From: an uncultured Collinsella sp.
Lineage (GTDB): Bacteria; Actinomycetota; Coriobacteriia; Coriobacteriales; Coriobacteriaceae
NCBI GenBank assembly: GCA_958347015.1
Contig: CATVTV010000003.1
Coordinates: 77,462 to 141,461 of the forward strand
Direction of reading: 5' to 3'
Length of the DNA: 64,000 nucleotides
The notes under the pieces: model-generated
Told to the model about the DNA's origin: nothing
The model's input: only the letters and a program-made list of their open reading frames with translations
The model's database searches: none
Shown: one piece after another, positions 27,862-39,307 of the stretch
Numbering within the stretch: position 1 is the stretch's first letter
Layout: each line of letters opens with the position of its first letter
Position numbers and translations under genes: made by a program

Positions 27862-28425
27862 ATGGGTCTGCTCGATTCGCTCAAGTCCACGTTCACTTCG
27901 TCGGGCGAGGCGTCCGTTCCGCCCGCAGCAAGCTTCGCCACCCGCGAAGGCGTCATCTACGCTCCCGTCAACGGCGTGCTCGTCAATCTGAGTGAGGTTC
28001 CCGACGAGACCATCGCCTCGGGCATGCTCGGTCAGGGCTACGGCATCGAACCCATTACCGGCACCATCTACGCGCCCGCCAACGGCCGCATCGGCGCCAC
28101 CACCGTCACCAACCACTCCATCGGCATGATCACCGAGGACGGCCTGCGCGTGTTCATCCATGTTGGCCTGGGCACCGTGGAAATGAATGGCAAGGGTTTT
28201 GCCCGCTTTGTCGAGATGGGTGACACGGTCAAGGCCGGCCAGCCGCTCATCAGCTTCGACCGCGACGCTATCAAGGCCGCCGGCCACGAGGACATCGTGA
28301 CCGTCATCGTCTCTGAGCTCGACCGCCTCAAGAGCATCGACCATGTCGGCGAGTCCGGCACGCTTATCGGTGGCAACCCGCTCGTCAAGCTCGGCGACCC
28401 GCTGCTGGTGGCCAAGACCAAGTAG
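27862..28425 (+). CDS. Stand-alone PTS glucose-family EIIA
   Basis: APVNG, VPDE, GQGYGI, IHVGLGTVEMNGKGF; ATG 27862 after GGAGG. Confidence 0.9.
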   Translation: MGLLDSLKSTFTSSGEASVPPAASFATREGVIYAPVNGVLVNLSEVPDETIASGMLGQGYGIEPITGTIYAPANGRIGATTVTNHSIGMITEDGLRVFIHVGLGTVEMNGKGFARFVEMGDTVKAGQPLISFDRDAIKAAGHEDIVTVIVSELDRLKSIDHVGESGTLIGGNPLVKLGDPLLVAKTK

Positions 28426-28659
28426 CAGACCGCCGTCGCATAAAGACTCAACCACCTGTGCATCTTTGCCGCATCTGTGTTGTTGTTTTTGCCTATGTAG
28501 AGGTTCTGAAACATTTCTACATAGGCAGCTGAGCATCAACGCAGGTGCGGCTTTTGCGTAGCGAGGCATCGCCCCGCGGCATGTTGTTCAACCGCACGAA
28601 CCCCCTTCCTTTGTCCGCGCAGAGCGCTAGACTGCTAGGTCGACATTGGAGGAAGATCG

Positions 28660-30594
28660 ATGCAAAACACACCCACGGGCGCCGCACATGCCGCGCCTCA
28701 ACGCAACCAACGCATCGTCGCGCTCGACGGGCTCCGCGCCCTCGCCATCGCCGGCGTCGTCCTATATCACCTTCGCCCCAGCCGCCTGACCGGCGGTTTT
28801 TTGGGCGTTACACTCTTCTTTACGCTGAGTGGCTATCTCGCCACCAAAAGCATTATGCGGGCCACGGCACGCGACGGATTCTCGTACCCGCGCTATATCT
28901 GCCGCCGCATTGCGCGCATGATGCCGCCGATCGTCGTGACCATCGCGCTTACCGCCGTCGCCACCTACATCGCGGCCCCGAGCCTACTCCCTAAGGTGCA
29001 GCAGGACGCCCTGCCATCGGCACTCTTTTTGAGCAACTGGTTCTACATCTTCCGCAACGTCTCGTATTTCGCCGCCGCGGGGCTCCCCTCGCCGCTCACG
29101 CACTTGTGGTTCTGCGCTGTCATCATGCAGTTCTATCTGGTATGGCCGGTCATCCTTATGGCGCTGTGCAGCAAAACCAGGTCGCGCAACACCGCTATCG
29201 GCATCACGATCGCATTCGCGCTTGCATCGACGGCAGCCATGGTCCTCATGTTTGATCCCACCGCCGACACATCGCGCGTCTACTACGGAACCGACGCCCG
29301 CGCCTCCGAGCTTCTATGCGGAGCCTTAGCCGCCATCGCAGCGCCGCGCCTGCGCGAGATGCTGAGCGGTGACATCCATACCCCCGGAGCCAACAAGGGC
29401 ATCTCAAAGGTCAACGCGATTTCTCTCGCGTGGCTCGTTGCCGTTATAGCCGGCGCACTCATGCTGACCGGAGAGAGCGCTTGGCTCTACCGCGGCGGCT
29501 TTTTGCTGTTTGCCCTCGCCACTGGACTCCTCATCATCTGCGTGCAGAATACGGAGTGCATCGTGCGTCGTCTGTTGTCGGTCAAGCCGCTCGTCTGGCT
29601 GGGCCAGCGCTCGTTCTCGGTCTATCTGGTGCACTATCCCCTACTGCTTCTTATGAACCCCGCAACCCGCACTACCCGCATCGCCTGGTGGGAGCAGGTA
29701 TTACAGCTTGTACTGATCCTTGCGGTAGCCGAGGTTTTCTATCGCCTCGTCGAACGTCCTTGGTCCCGCAAGCCGGCCCAACAGGACAGCACGGCAAGAA
29801 AGCACGTCCTCGCGCCCGCCATGGTGCTCCCCGCGCTTGGCGCCGTATGCGTCGCCGCACTTGCCTTCGCGCCGCTTGACTGGGCAGGCATCGCCACCGC
29901 CCGCGCCGAGCAACTCCGTCCCGAGCTTGCCCAGAACGCGACCTCCGCCCAGGACAACGGAGCCAACGACAAGGGCGCCGAGCCCGCATCCGGCAAAGAT
30001 TCCCAGCCCAGCGACACCGCATCCAACGACGCCACCAAGCAAAAACCCAAAGAGGGACCTATCGCCGAAAAGGTCCCCAAGAACCTTGACTGGAAGAGCT
30101 TTACCTACGACGAGGCGACCGGAACCTGCGACGCCCGCGTACTCATGATCGGCGACTCGGTCACCGCAGGTGCCCAACCTGGCATTCAGGCGGTGCTTCC
30201 CAACGCGTACATCGACGGCGTGGTGAGCCGCCAGTTCTACACCTTCCAGGATGTCTACGCGCAGGACATCGCCAACTACGATCCAAGCGTGGTCATCTGC
30301 GCGCTTGGCACCAACGGCCTCATCCGCGACCCTCAACAGGTGCAGGACGTGATTAATGCCGTGGGCGGCAAGCCCATCTACTTTGTGACCGTGCGTGTAC
30401 CGCTCGAGCTACAGGACCGCAATAACCAGATGATTCGTGACGTCTGCGCCCAAAACGACAACGCCGGCGTCATCGACTGGAACGGTGCCTCAGAGGGCCA
30501 CAGCGAATACCTTGTCGACGACGGCACACACCTCACCCAGGCGGGAATCGACACCTACGCTGCCCTCATACGCCAAGCCATCTGCGGGCACTAG
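28660..30594 (+). CDS. Acyltransferase-3 + SGNH fusion (OatA-like O-acetyltransferase)
   Basis: [32 protein letters not shown]-terminal GDSV, GTN, DGTH. Confidence 0.9.
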   Translation: MQNTPTGAAHAAPQRNQRIVALDGLRALAIAGVVLYHLRPSRLTGGFLGVTLFFTLSGYLATKSIMRATARDGFSYPRYICRRIARMMPPIVVTIALTAVATYIAAPSLLPKVQQDALPSALFLSNWFYIFRNVSYFAAAGLPSPLTHLWFCAVIMQFYLVWPVILMALCSKTRSRNTAIGITIAFALASTAAMVLMFDPTADTSRVYYGTDARASELLCGALAAIAAPRLREMLSGDIHTPGANKGISKVNAISLAWLVAVIAGALMLTGESAWLYRGGFLLFALATGLLIICVQNTECIVRRLLSVKPLVWLGQRSFSVYLVHYPLLLLMNPATRTTRIAWWEQVLQLVLILAVAEVFYRLVERPWSRKPAQQDSTARKHVLAPAMVLPALGAVCVAALAFAPLDWAGIATARAEQLRPELAQNATSAQDNGANDKGAEPASGKDSQPSDTASNDATKQKPKEGPIAEKVPKNLDWKSFTYDEATGTCDARVLMIGDSVTAGAQPGIQAVLPNAYIDGVVSRQFYTFQDVYAQDIANYDPSVVICALGTNGLIRDPQQVQDVINAVGGKPIYFVTVRVPLELQDRNNQMIRDVCAQNDNAGVIDWNGASEGHSEYLVDDGTHLTQAGIDTYAALIRQAICGH

Positions 30595-30730
30595 GCAACG
30601 CAAAATCGGCGCTTGCGCGGTGCCCACGCCACGCCCATACATCACACCTGACGTTTTGCTACGCCCCCACTCGCGGGTTAGAATGGTTAACTGTTTGGAA
30701 ATAATCCGTACAACCGTTATGGGAGGATAC

Positions 30731-32134
30731 GTGAACCGCACCAAAATCGCGCAGCTCTATGCCGATGCCGAGTCACTCGGTGGCCAGACCGTCACCGTTG
30801 CCGGCTGGGTCAAGTCCGTCCGCGACATGAAGAACTTTGGCTTCGTTACGCTCAACGACGGCAGCTGCTTCCGCGACCTGCAGGTCGTCATGAACCGCGA
30901 GGCGCTCGACAACTACGACGAGATCGCCCACCAAAACGTCTCGGCCGCACTCATTTGCACCGGCACCGTTAAGCTGACCCCCGATGCGCCCCAGCCCTTC
31001 GAGCTTTCCGCCACCTCCATCGAGGTCGAGGGCGTCAGCGCTCCGGATTACCCGCTGCAGAAGAAGCGCGCAACCGTCGAGTTCCTGCGCACCCAGCAGC
31101 ACCTGCGCCCGCGCACCAACCTGTTCCGCGCCGTGTTCCGCATCCGCTCTGTCGCGGCTGCCGCTATCCATCGCTTCTTCCAAGAGCAGGGCTTTGTCTA
31201 CGTCAACACCCCCATCATCACCACGAGTGACTGCGAGGGCGCCGGCGAGATGTTCCGCGTGACCACGCTCGACCCCAAAAACCCGCCCCTCACCGAGTCC
31301 GGCGAGGTCGACTGGAGCCAGGACTTCTTTGGCAAGCATGCGAGCCTCACTGTGTCCGGCCAGCTCAATGCCGAGAACTTCGCCATGGCCTTTGGCGACG
31401 TGTACACCTTTGGCCCCACCTTCCGCGCCGAAAACTCCAACACCACGCGCCACGCCGCCGAGTTTTGGATGATTGAGCCCGAGATGGCATTTGCCGACCT
31501 CAACGACTACATGGATAACGCCGAGGCTATGCTCAAGTACGTCCTTAAGGACGTTATGGCCACCTGCCCCGACGAGCTCAACATGCTCAACAAGTTTGTG
31601 GACAAGGGTCTGCTTGAGCGCCTGGACCATGTCGCCAACTCCGACTTTGCCCGCGTCACCTATACCGAGGCCGTTGAAATCCTGGAGCAGGCCGTCGCCG
31701 CCGGTCACAAGTTTGACTATCCCGTGAGCTGGGGCATCGACCTGCAAACCGAGCACGAGCGTTTCCTGACCGAGGAGCACTTTAAGCGCCCGACCTTCGT
31801 AACCGACTACCCGGCCGAGATCAAGGCGTTCTACATGCGCATGAACGAGGACGGCAAGACCGTCGCCGCCGCCGACTGCCTGGTTCCCGGTATCGGCGAG
31901 ATTATCGGCGGCTCCCAGCGCGAGGAGCGCCTGGATCTGCTCGAGGCCCGCATCAAGGACCTGGGCATGAATCCCGAGCAGTACAAGTACTACCTTGACC
32001 TGCGCCGCTACGGTTCTTGCAAGCACGCCGGCTACGGTCTGGGCTTCGAGCGCTTGGTCATGTATCTGACCGGCGTGGGCAACATCCGCGACGTCCTGCC
32101 GCACCCGCGCACCGTGGGCAACGCCGACTTCTAA
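30731..32134 (+). CDS. asnS: Asparagine--tRNA ligase
   Basis: [48 protein letters not shown] 30731 after GGAGG. Confidence 0.97.
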   Translation: MNRTKIAQLYADAESLGGQTVTVAGWVKSVRDMKNFGFVTLNDGSCFRDLQVVMNREALDNYDEIAHQNVSAALICTGTVKLTPDAPQPFELSATSIEVEGVSAPDYPLQKKRATVEFLRTQQHLRPRTNLFRAVFRIRSVAAAAIHRFFQEQGFVYVNTPIITTSDCEGAGEMFRVTTLDPKNPPLTESGEVDWSQDFFGKHASLTVSGQLNAENFAMAFGDVYTFGPTFRAENSNTTRHAAEFWMIEPEMAFADLNDYMDNAEAMLKYVLKDVMATCPDELNMLNKFVDKGLLERLDHVANSDFARVTYTEAVEILEQAVAAGHKFDYPVSWGIDLQTEHERFLTEEHFKRPTFVTDYPAEIKAFYMRMNEDGKTVAAADCLVPGIGEIIGGSQREERLDLLEARIKDLGMNPEQYKYYLDLRRYGSCKHAGYGLGFERLVMYLTGVGNIRDVLPHPRTVGNADF

Positions 32135-32381
32135 TCTCCACAGCGCACTCAGCGCATTGCAGCACATCGCGCCAGCGCCTCTCGGCAAGCCGAGGGGCGC
32201 TTTTTCAACAGTGTCCGTCAAGCTTTTGGCAAGGTTTTGGTCAGTTAGGCAGGGTTGTTGAAAACTCGACCCGCCGTTTGCCGGCAACCATCAACCGTCC
32301 AAGGCGTCACGCGTCCTTGGCCAGGCTCCGCACCCTAGGCTCTGATCTGCCATCACCAAAAACGGAAAGGACGTGGGCGCT

Positions 32382-33170
32382 ATGACCGAAGCCGTTGTTG
32401 AAAACTACGAGACCACGACCAGGGGCTCCGCCTCGATGGCAGCCTATCGCGCCGTACGCATCCTGCAGCTCTTGAGCGAGAACACCGGCGAGGACAAGGC
32501 ACTGCTTTCCGACGAGCTGGTCGAGCTCCTCGCCCATCCCGACGACCCCGCCCGCATGCCCATCTCGGCGGCACGCCGCAGCATCTATACCTCGATATCT
32601 GCACTTCGTCACGCCGGATACGAAATCGACTATAAGCGCGGCGTGGGCTATCGGCTCCTCACCCGCCCGCTTGCTGACGAAGAGATCATACGGCTCCACG
32701 GCATGGTCATGCGCAACCGGTCGACGCCCATAGCCATTCGAAAGAGCATGGCGCAGCACCTGGTCGCCATGGCGAGCGCCGATGTTCGCGACTATCTCGA
32801 TATGCCCGAACCGGCACCGGCCGCCAACGACGCGCCCGTCAAGACAACGCGTCCGCACGCCAAGCGTATCGACACGTGCGAGCTCATCGAACAGGCCATC
32901 GACCATGGAACAACCGTCAGCTTTGATATCACAAACGTCCTGACCCGAGGCGAAATCGAGGTGGTGCGGATGACGGTCCGGCCCTTTGCCATCAGGCAGC
33001 GCGATGGCGTCTCGTATCTGCTGGGAACGGTCTACGACACCCGAGGCGCCGACGACACCCTGCGCACCGTTGAGGCCAGCCGCATGAGAAACGTCAGCAC
33101 GCGTTTGCTCGACGGCAAGAAACTCTTTGCCGCGCTAGACGAAGAAGACAGCACCGCACCCGCAGCGTAA
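32382..33170 (+). CDS. wHTH + degenerate WYL-like transcriptional regulator
   Basis: ILQLLSENTGED..RRSIYTSISALRHAGYEI..GY (wHTH); C-terminal IEQAI..VSF..VRPF..YLLG..SRM resembles WYL. Confidence 0.65.
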   Translation: MTEAVVENYETTTRGSASMAAYRAVRILQLLSENTGEDKALLSDELVELLAHPDDPARMPISAARRSIYTSISALRHAGYEIDYKRGVGYRLLTRPLADEEIIRLHGMVMRNRSTPIAIRKSMAQHLVAMASADVRDYLDMPEPAPAANDAPVKTTRPHAKRIDTCELIEQAIDHGTTVSFDITNVLTRGEIEVVRMTVRPFAIRQRDGVSYLLGTVYDTRGADDTLRTVEASRMRNVSTRLLDGKKLFAALDEEDSTAPAA

Positions 33171-33329
33171 GCCCCGTTACCGTCCGTCGTTCCTCAGCAC
33201 CGCCCATCCAGTTCAGTATTAAAAAACCCGCCAGGTTATTGTAAAAATGGACACTGGCGTTACTATAGTCCCACTTGCACTTTTTCCTAGTGCAGTGTTT
33301 CCAGCCATTTTTATACTGGGGGTAATGAT

Positions 33330-34310
33330 ATGAAGGACATCACCATCAGCCGCAGGAGCCTTCTTGTCTCCGCTGGCCTGCTCGCGCTCGCTCCGCTCGC
33401 CGGATGCGGCGGCAACTCTGGTTCCGGCTCCGCTGCCGCCGGTTCCGACTACACCATCGGCGTTCTGCAGCTCACCGAGCACTCCGCGCTCGATGCCGCC
33501 AACGACGGCTTCGTCAAGGCCATCAAGAAGAGCGGTCTCAAGGTCAAGATCGACCAGAAGAACGCCCAGAACGACCAGTCCACGTGTAAGTCCATTGCCG
33601 ACAAGTTCGTAGGCGACGGCGTCGACCTGATCTATGCCATCGCTACGCCCGCCGCGCAGGCTGCCGCCGGCGCCACGGCCGACATCCCCATCGTGGGCTG
33701 TGCCATCACCGACTACGCCGCTTCCGGCCTGGTCCAGGACAACGACAAGCCCGGCACCAACGTCACGGGCGCTTCCGACCTCACCCCGGTCGCCGAGCAG
33801 CTCGAGATGATGCAGAAGGTCTTGCCCGACGTTAAGAAGGTCGGCCTGCTCTACTGCACCGCCGAGTCCAACTCCGACGTCCAAATCAAGGCCGCCAAGA
33901 AGGAGCTCGACAAGCTGGGCCTCGAGTACACTGACTTCACCGTCTCGAGCTCCAACGAGATTCAGTCCGTCGTCGAGTCTGCCGTGGGCAAGGTCGACGC
34001 GCTGTACTCCCCCACCGACAACACCATCGCCGCGGGTGCCTCGCAGGTCGGCCAGATCTGCAAGGAGAATAAGCTCCCCTTCGTTACCGGCGAGGAGGGC
34101 ATGTGCAAGGCCGGCGGTCTGTTCACCCTCTCCATCAACTATGAGGACCTGGGCTACGCCGCGGGCGAGATGGCCGTCAAGATCCTGAAGGGCGAGGCCA
34201 AGCCCGAGGATATGCCGATCAAGCACCTCTCGAGCAAGGACCTGGTCGTCGTCAAGAACGACGAGATGGCCGAGGCCCTGGGCATCGACCTCTCCGCTCT
34301 GGACGAATAG
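33330..34310 (+). CDS. ABC transporter substrate-binding lipoprotein (putative Trp/Tyr-type)
   Basis: SRRSLL Tat-like signal + LAGC lipobox; HSALDA, NAQND, AIATPAAQ, PTDN. Confidence 0.88.
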   Translation: MKDITISRRSLLVSAGLLALAPLAGCGGNSGSGSAAAGSDYTIGVLQLTEHSALDAANDGFVKAIKKSGLKVKIDQKNAQNDQSTCKSIADKFVGDGVDLIYAIATPAAQAAAGATADIPIVGCAITDYAASGLVQDNDKPGTNVTGASDLTPVAEQLEMMQKVLPDVKKVGLLYCTAESNSDVQIKAAKKELDKLGLEYTDFTVSSSNEIQSVVESAVGKVDALYSPTDNTIAAGASQVGQICKENKLPFVTGEEGMCKAGGLFTLSINYEDLGYAAGEMAVKILKGEAKPEDMPIKHLSSKDLVVVKNDEMAEALGIDLSALDE

Positions 34311-34514
34311 CGCCATGCGCGGTGACGCGTCTAGGGCCCGCACGCGCGCCACGGCTGCGTTATTCAATATCTGAGTCATTGGGGCGAACGCTAAAGACCG
34401 GCGTTCGCCCTGCTTGTTACGGATGAGACAAAACATCCGGCCGCAGCTCTTTTATGCAGTGTTACCGCTATTATGGAAAATCACGTGTCCACCCTATCCT
34501 AGGAGGTATGAAGC

Positions 34515-35438
34515 ATGCTCATTGCATTGCAGGGCGCCGTTTCGCAGGGCGTCCTCTGGGGCATCATGGTGCTCGGCGTGTTTATCACGTTCCGCCTGCT
34601 CGACATCCCCGATATGACCTGCGACGGCAGCTTTGCCCTCGGCGGCTGTGTTTGCGCCGTGCTCATCGTCAACAATAACGTCGACCCGCTGCTCGCCGTG
34701 CTGGCCGGCATGTGCGCCGGCGCCATCGCCGGCGCTGTCACGGGCATCTTGACCACCGTTTTTGAGATTCCTGCAATCCTCGCCGGAATCCTTACGCAGA
34801 TCAGTCTGTGGTCCATCAACCTGCGCATCATGGGCAAATCCAACACGCCCATCCTTGCCAAGGGCACCATCTTCTCATCCGTCAGCCACATGACGGGCCT
34901 GCCGCAGTCCACTGTTGCCATTATCCTGGGCATTGTGCTGGCCGTGGCCATCGTCGCCATCCTGTACTGGTTCTTTGGCACCGAAATCGGCTCGGCACTG
35001 CGCGCCACCGGCAACAACGAGTACATGATCCGCGCCTTGGGCGTCAACACCAACTCCACCAAGATGATCGCCCTCGTGCTCTCCAACGCCCTTATCGGCC
35101 TTTCGGGTGCGCTCATCTGCCAGAGCCAGAAGTACGCTGACATTGGCATGGGCACCGGCGCCATCGTTATCGGTCTTGCCGCCATTGTTATCGGCGAGGT
35201 GCTCGGCCGCCTGCTGCCCGGCGGTCTGACGCAGTTTAGCGTCCGTCTTGCCTCTGCCGTCTTTGGCTCCGTGGTGTACTTCCTCATTCGCGCCATCGTG
35301 CTGCAGCTGGGCATGGACGCCAACGACATGAAGCTGCTCTCCGCCGTGATCGTTGCCGTGGCCCTGTGCGTGCCCGTGGTTTGGGAGCGCTATAAGCTCC
35401 GCAGCTCCTACACGAAGGGGGATGAGGCAGATGCTTAA
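34515..35438 (+). CDS. ABC transporter permease
   Basis: DMTCDGSFALGG, LRATGNN, GMGTG; multiple TMs. Confidence 0.9.
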   Translation: MLIALQGAVSQGVLWGIMVLGVFITFRLLDIPDMTCDGSFALGGCVCAVLIVNNNVDPLLAVLAGMCAGAIAGAVTGILTTVFEIPAILAGILTQISLWSINLRIMGKSNTPILAKGTIFSSVSHMTGLPQSTVAIILGIVLAVAIVAILYWFFGTEIGSALRATGNNEYMIRALGVNTNSTKMIALVLSNALIGLSGALICQSQKYADIGMGTGAIVIGLAAIVIGEVLGRLLPGGLTQFSVRLASAVFGSVVYFLIRAIVLQLGMDANDMKLLSAVIVAVALCVPVVWERYKLRSSYTKGDEADA

Positions 35439-36225
35439 GCTCTCGCACGTCAAAAAGACCTTTAACAAGGGCACCGTCACCGAGAAGCGCGCACTCACCG
35501 GCGTCGACCTCACCCTTAACGACGGCGACTTTGTAACCGTGATTGGCGGCAACGGCGCCGGCAAGTCCACGCTGCTCAACATGATCGCCGGCGTGTATCC
35601 GCTCGATTCGGGCGTTATCAAGCTCGACGGCACCGATATCTCGCGTCTGAGCGAGTCGCAGCGCGCCAAGTACCTGGGCCGTGTGTTCCAGGACCCCATG
35701 CGCGGCACCGCAGCCGACATGCAAATTGCCGAGAATCTAGCCCTCGCCAAGCGCCGCGGCCAGCGTCGCGGTCTTTCGTGGGGCGTCACCAAGGCCGAGA
35801 AGGATGAGTACGTTGAGCTGCTCAAGCGCCTGGACCTTGGCCTGGACACACGCCTCAACGCCAAGGTCGGCCTGCTCTCGGGTGGCCAGCGCCAGGCACT
35901 CACCCTGCTGATGGCCACGCTCACCAAGCCGCGCCTGCTGCTGCTCGACGAGCACACGGCGGCCCTCGACCCCAAGACGGCCTCTAAGGTGCTCAACCTG
36001 ACCGAGGAGATCGTCGACGAGAACCACCTGACCACGCTCATGGTCACGCATAACATGAACGACGCCATCCGTCTGGGCAACCGTCTGATCATGATGCACG
36101 AGGGCCATGTGATCTACGACGTGGCCGGCGACGAGAAAAAGTCGCTCACCGTGGCCGACCTGCTGCAGAAGTTCGAGGAGGTCTCGGGCGGCGAGCTCGC
36201 CAACGACCGCATGCTGCTGAGCTAA
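35431..36225 (+). CDS. ABC transporter ATP-binding protein
   Basis: GGNGAGKST, LSGGQRQ, LLLDEHTAALD. Confidence 0.95.
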   Translation: MLKLSHVKKTFNKGTVTEKRALTGVDLTLNDGDFVTVIGGNGAGKSTLLNMIAGVYPLDSGVIKLDGTDISRLSESQRAKYLGRVFQDPMRGTAADMQIAENLALAKRRGQRRGLSWGVTKAEKDEYVELLKRLDLGLDTRLNAKVGLLSGGQRQALTLLMATLTKPRLLLLDEHTAALDPKTASKVLNLTEEIVDENHLTTLMVTHNMNDAIRLGNRLIMMHEGHVIYDVAGDEKKSLTVADLLQKFEEVSGGELANDRMLLS

Positions 36226-36233
36226 CGACCTAG

Positions 36234-36274
36234 AAAACCACCACAAAGGGGACAGGCACCTTTGTGGTGGTTTT
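36234..36274. repeat. GGGACAGG-loop hairpin, family C, copy 1
   Basis: AAAACCACCACAAAGG-GGACAGGCA-CCTTTGTGGTGGTTTT; may also act as a terminator. Confidence 0.9.
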
Positions 36275-36297
36275 TGTTAAGGACTAAGGAGACTGCC

Positions 36298-38319
36298 ATG
36301 AAAAGATTCGTCCCCCGCCTTGCGTTAACCGCCGCGCTGCTTGCCGGCGTGCTCACTGGCGCACCCAGCCTCGCCCTTGCGAGCGATCTGCCCCAAGCGA
36401 TCTATGGCACCGTGACCGTCATGCACACCAACGATATCCACGGCAGCTACAAGTACAGCTACAACGCAAGCAAGGGCACCGGCACTGTCGGCTTTGACGG
36501 ACTGGCGGTTCTCTATAGCGCCCAGAACAACGCCCCCGACTTTCTGCTCGATGCAGGCGATACCTTCCACGGGCAGTCCTTTGCCACCATGAGCGAGGGC
36601 AAGAGCATCGCCGAGCTCATGGACACCTTTTATGCGAACGGCTACGACGCGACCACACCGGGCAACCACGACTGGAGCTACGGCGCGGACAAGCTCCGCA
36701 CCATGACCGGCTACAGCACCACCGGCACGCCCTTCGCCATGCTCTGTGCGAATGCAACGTCTTCGAACGGCGTATGGAGCTCGAGCATCACCAAGACGCT
36801 CAACCGCACTTGGAAGGACGACGAGGACAGTTCCACGTTTAACTACAAGATTAAGGTCGGCGTCATCGGAGCCATGGATGAGTCGCTGGGCTCCTCGCTG
36901 CGCGCGGACCTGGTCGAGGGCACGTCGTTCTCGGGTGCGGCGGACGCCATCAATGCCGAGGCCAAGCGACTGCGCGAGGATGAGGGCTGCAACGTTGTCG
37001 TTTGTATCGCACATACGCTCAACGCCAAGGCCTTTGCCGCACAGCTCAATGGCGTCGATGCCCTGGTCGCAGGCCACGAGCACATCAACTTAAACGAGAA
37101 CGTAACGGGGGCCGATGGCAAGCCGGTCCGCGTCGTCGAGGCGGGCAGCGCCTTTGCCGAAGTTGGTCTGCTTTCCATTCCCTATGAGTGCGACACCAAG
37201 GGTACCGAAAGCACCAACGACGACATAGTGACGGTCTCCGCAGGCGACAGCGCTGAGACACTCTACGCCGTCAAGGACGTCGACGACCTTTTGGCAGACC
37301 CCAACAACCAGAACATCCTTGATGAGGTCCGCAACAACAAAATCAAGCCGCTCGACGACGCCTTTGAAATCGAATCGAACAAGGTACTCGGCACATCCAC
37401 CGCCAACTATTTCTATGGCGAGGACGCGGCGGGTACACATGGCTGGGAGATGGTGCGCACTACCGATTTCCGCCCCAGCGAAGCAGGCGACACCGCTAAA
37501 GCCCAGACCATCGGACATGTGATCTGCGGTTCTTATCTTAATTTGACGGGCGCGGACCTCGCTATCGAAAACGCGGGCGGCATCCGCGGCGGCATCGCGG
37601 CGGGCAACGTGACCGCCGGCAACGTCATCGCCATCTCGCCCTACGGCAACACCTTGGAGACCTGGACCATGACCGGCGCGGACTTCCTCGCAGCGCTTGA
37701 GCACTCGTTGGAAATTAGCGACAAATGCAATGACAGCTACGAACTTCAGCAAGCCTACGTCGCAGCCGGCCACACCGAGCAGGAAGCCCAGGACATGTAC
37801 AAGTGGCCCAACGACTCCGGCAGCGTTCTTTCCTTTGGCGGCATCAACGTAAAAATCGACTGGACGCAGTCTGAAGGCAAGCGCATCGTGAGTGCCACGC
37901 TCACCAAAGACGGCAGCACGTTCGACCCCGCCAAGACCTATACCGTCGCCACCAACAACTACATTATCACCAACACGACCGACTTCCCCACCTTCGCAAA
38001 CGCCACCAAGCACACCGAGTGGGGCACCTGCGAGTCAGCGCTGAGGGCACTGATTGGACAGAATGGCTGGGAGAACAAGATGGCCGGACTCGCCGGCACC
38101 ATCAGCTTCGGCTCCGCAGCCGTGGACCCCACGCCTACACCGGCCCCGACGCCTAAGCCCTCACCTAAGACGGACACGACGACCACGCAGGCCACCACCA
38201 AGAAGACCACCGGCAAGCTTGCCGCAACGGGAGACCGTACGCTGGCCGTGGTCGGCGCATGCCTCATTGGCGGCATCATCGTCATCATGCTCGGCATTAT
38301 CTGGAAGCGCCGCCGCTAA
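36298..38319 (+). CDS. Cell-wall-anchored 5'-nucleotidase / metallophosphatase
   Basis: Signal peptide; HTNDIHG, DAGD, GNHD, GHEH, NAGGIR; C-terminal LAATG + TM + KRRR sortase-type signal. Confidence 0.9.
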   Translation: MKRFVPRLALTAALLAGVLTGAPSLALASDLPQAIYGTVTVMHTNDIHGSYKYSYNASKGTGTVGFDGLAVLYSAQNNAPDFLLDAGDTFHGQSFATMSEGKSIAELMDTFYANGYDATTPGNHDWSYGADKLRTMTGYSTTGTPFAMLCANATSSNGVWSSSITKTLNRTWKDDEDSSTFNYKIKVGVIGAMDESLGSSLRADLVEGTSFSGAADAINAEAKRLREDEGCNVVVCIAHTLNAKAFAAQLNGVDALVAGHEHINLNENVTGADGKPVRVVEAGSAFAEVGLLSIPYECDTKGTESTNDDIVTVSAGDSAETLYAVKDVDDLLADPNNQNILDEVRNNKIKPLDDAFEIESNKVLGTSTANYFYGEDAAGTHGWEMVRTTDFRPSEAGDTAKAQTIGHVICGSYLNLTGADLAIENAGGIRGGIAAGNVTAGNVIAISPYGNTLETWTMTGADFLAALEHSLEISDKCNDSYELQQAYVAAGHTEQEAQDMYKWPNDSGSVLSFGGINVKIDWTQSEGKRIVSATLTKDGSTFDPAKTYTVATNNYIITNTTDFPTFANATKHTEWGTCESALRALIGQNGWENKMAGLAGTISFGSAAVDPTPTPAPTPKPSPKTDTTTTQATTKKTTGKLAATGDRTLAVVGACLIGGIIVIMLGIIWKRRR

Positions 38320-38372
38320 GCTACACCGCCGGGCCTTGCAGCCCCGCCGTGCAGACCTTATATCAAGCACAG

Positions 38373-38404
38373 AAGCCCGTCCGATGTGATCGGACGGGCT
38401 TTTT
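38373..38404 (+). terminator. Intrinsic terminator
   Basis: AAGCCCGTCCGAT..ATCGGACGGGCTTTTT. Confidence 0.8.
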
Positions 38405-38446
38405 GGTGGGTATCATGGTTGAACGATCATGAGGAGGTTTCCCTAC

Positions 38447-39214
38447 ATGGAATTGTTTGAGCCAATTCTTCATTTCTTTACACAACGATGGGTCCACAAC
38501 ATCATCTGGGCAGGTATCTTGGCCATCGGCACCGCCGTTGCCGCCAAGGTCGCGTCCAAGACCCTGCACCACCTGCTTAGCCGCGACGATAACCCACTCC
38601 CTTCATCGAGCATCTTCATCAACATCGCGCGCGCCATCATCTGGATGATTGGCGGCAGCTTTATCCTCGACAACTGCTTTGGCATTAACGCAAACGCCCT
38701 CGTCGCCGCTCTTGGCGTCGGCGGCATCGCCATCTCGCTCGGCTTTCAGGACACGCTGTCAAACCTTATCGGTGGCATGCAGGTGACCTTTATGGGCATC
38801 ATCAAGCCCGGCGACAATATCGAGGTCGGCGGCGTGTCGGGCGTGGTCCAGGACATCACCTGGCGCCACACGACCATCGAGGACGCCTCCGGGCAGACCA
38901 TCATCGTCCCCAACTCCAACATCTCCAAGAACACGCTCGTGTATTTGATGCCCTTTGGGCGCGTTGCCGTGCCCGTCGCGGTCAAGGACACGTCCAAGTG
39001 GGCTTCACTGGACGCGCTGGCAGATGAGCTCACCGACGCTACCAAGGCCGCCGTGCTTCCCATCTCGGGCTTTGACAAGGAGCCGTATGTTCTCTTTAGC
39101 GAGATCGGCGACTTTGGCATCAAGGGCAAGATCATCTTTATCGTCAGTGACGACAGCACCACCTTTACGGCAGCCGACGCCTGCATCCGCGCCATCGCCC
39201 CCATCATCGCCTAA
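38447..39214 (+). CDS. MscS-family mechanosensitive channel
   Basis: ALGVGGIAISLGFQDTLSNLIGG, PGDNIE, IIVPNS. Confidence 0.9.
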   Translation: MELFEPILHFFTQRWVHNIIWAGILAIGTAVAAKVASKTLHHLLSRDDNPLPSSSIFINIARAIIWMIGGSFILDNCFGINANALVAALGVGGIAISLGFQDTLSNLIGGMQVTFMGIIKPGDNIEVGGVSGVVQDITWRHTTIEDASGQTIIVPNSNISKNTLVYLMPFGRVAVPVAVKDTSKWASLDALADELTDATKAAVLPISGFDKEPYVLFSEIGDFGIKGKIIFIVSDDSTTFTAADACIRAIAPIIA

Positions 39215-39253
39215 AACCACCACAAAGGGGACAGGCACCTTTGTGGTGGTTTT
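39213..39253. repeat. GGGACAGG-loop hairpin, family C, copy 2
   Basis: Identical 41 bp to 36234-36274. Confidence 0.9.
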
Positions 39254-39307
39254 GCATCGTGGTACCATGGTTATATCGTTGTTTAAACGACTAAGGGAGT
39301 AGACACC

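Noticed and set aside
27616..28569. N-terminal extension giving a 617-aa hydrolase
   Set aside because: The extension is the antisense of the PTS EIIA gene; an ATG with RBS at 27615 gives a normal-sized hydrolase
30437..30730. Upstream extensions of asnS, and similarly mntP, pepD, rplL and the 25060 ORF
   Set aside because: They overlap neighbouring genes or regulatory RNAs; better RBS-supported starts lie downstream
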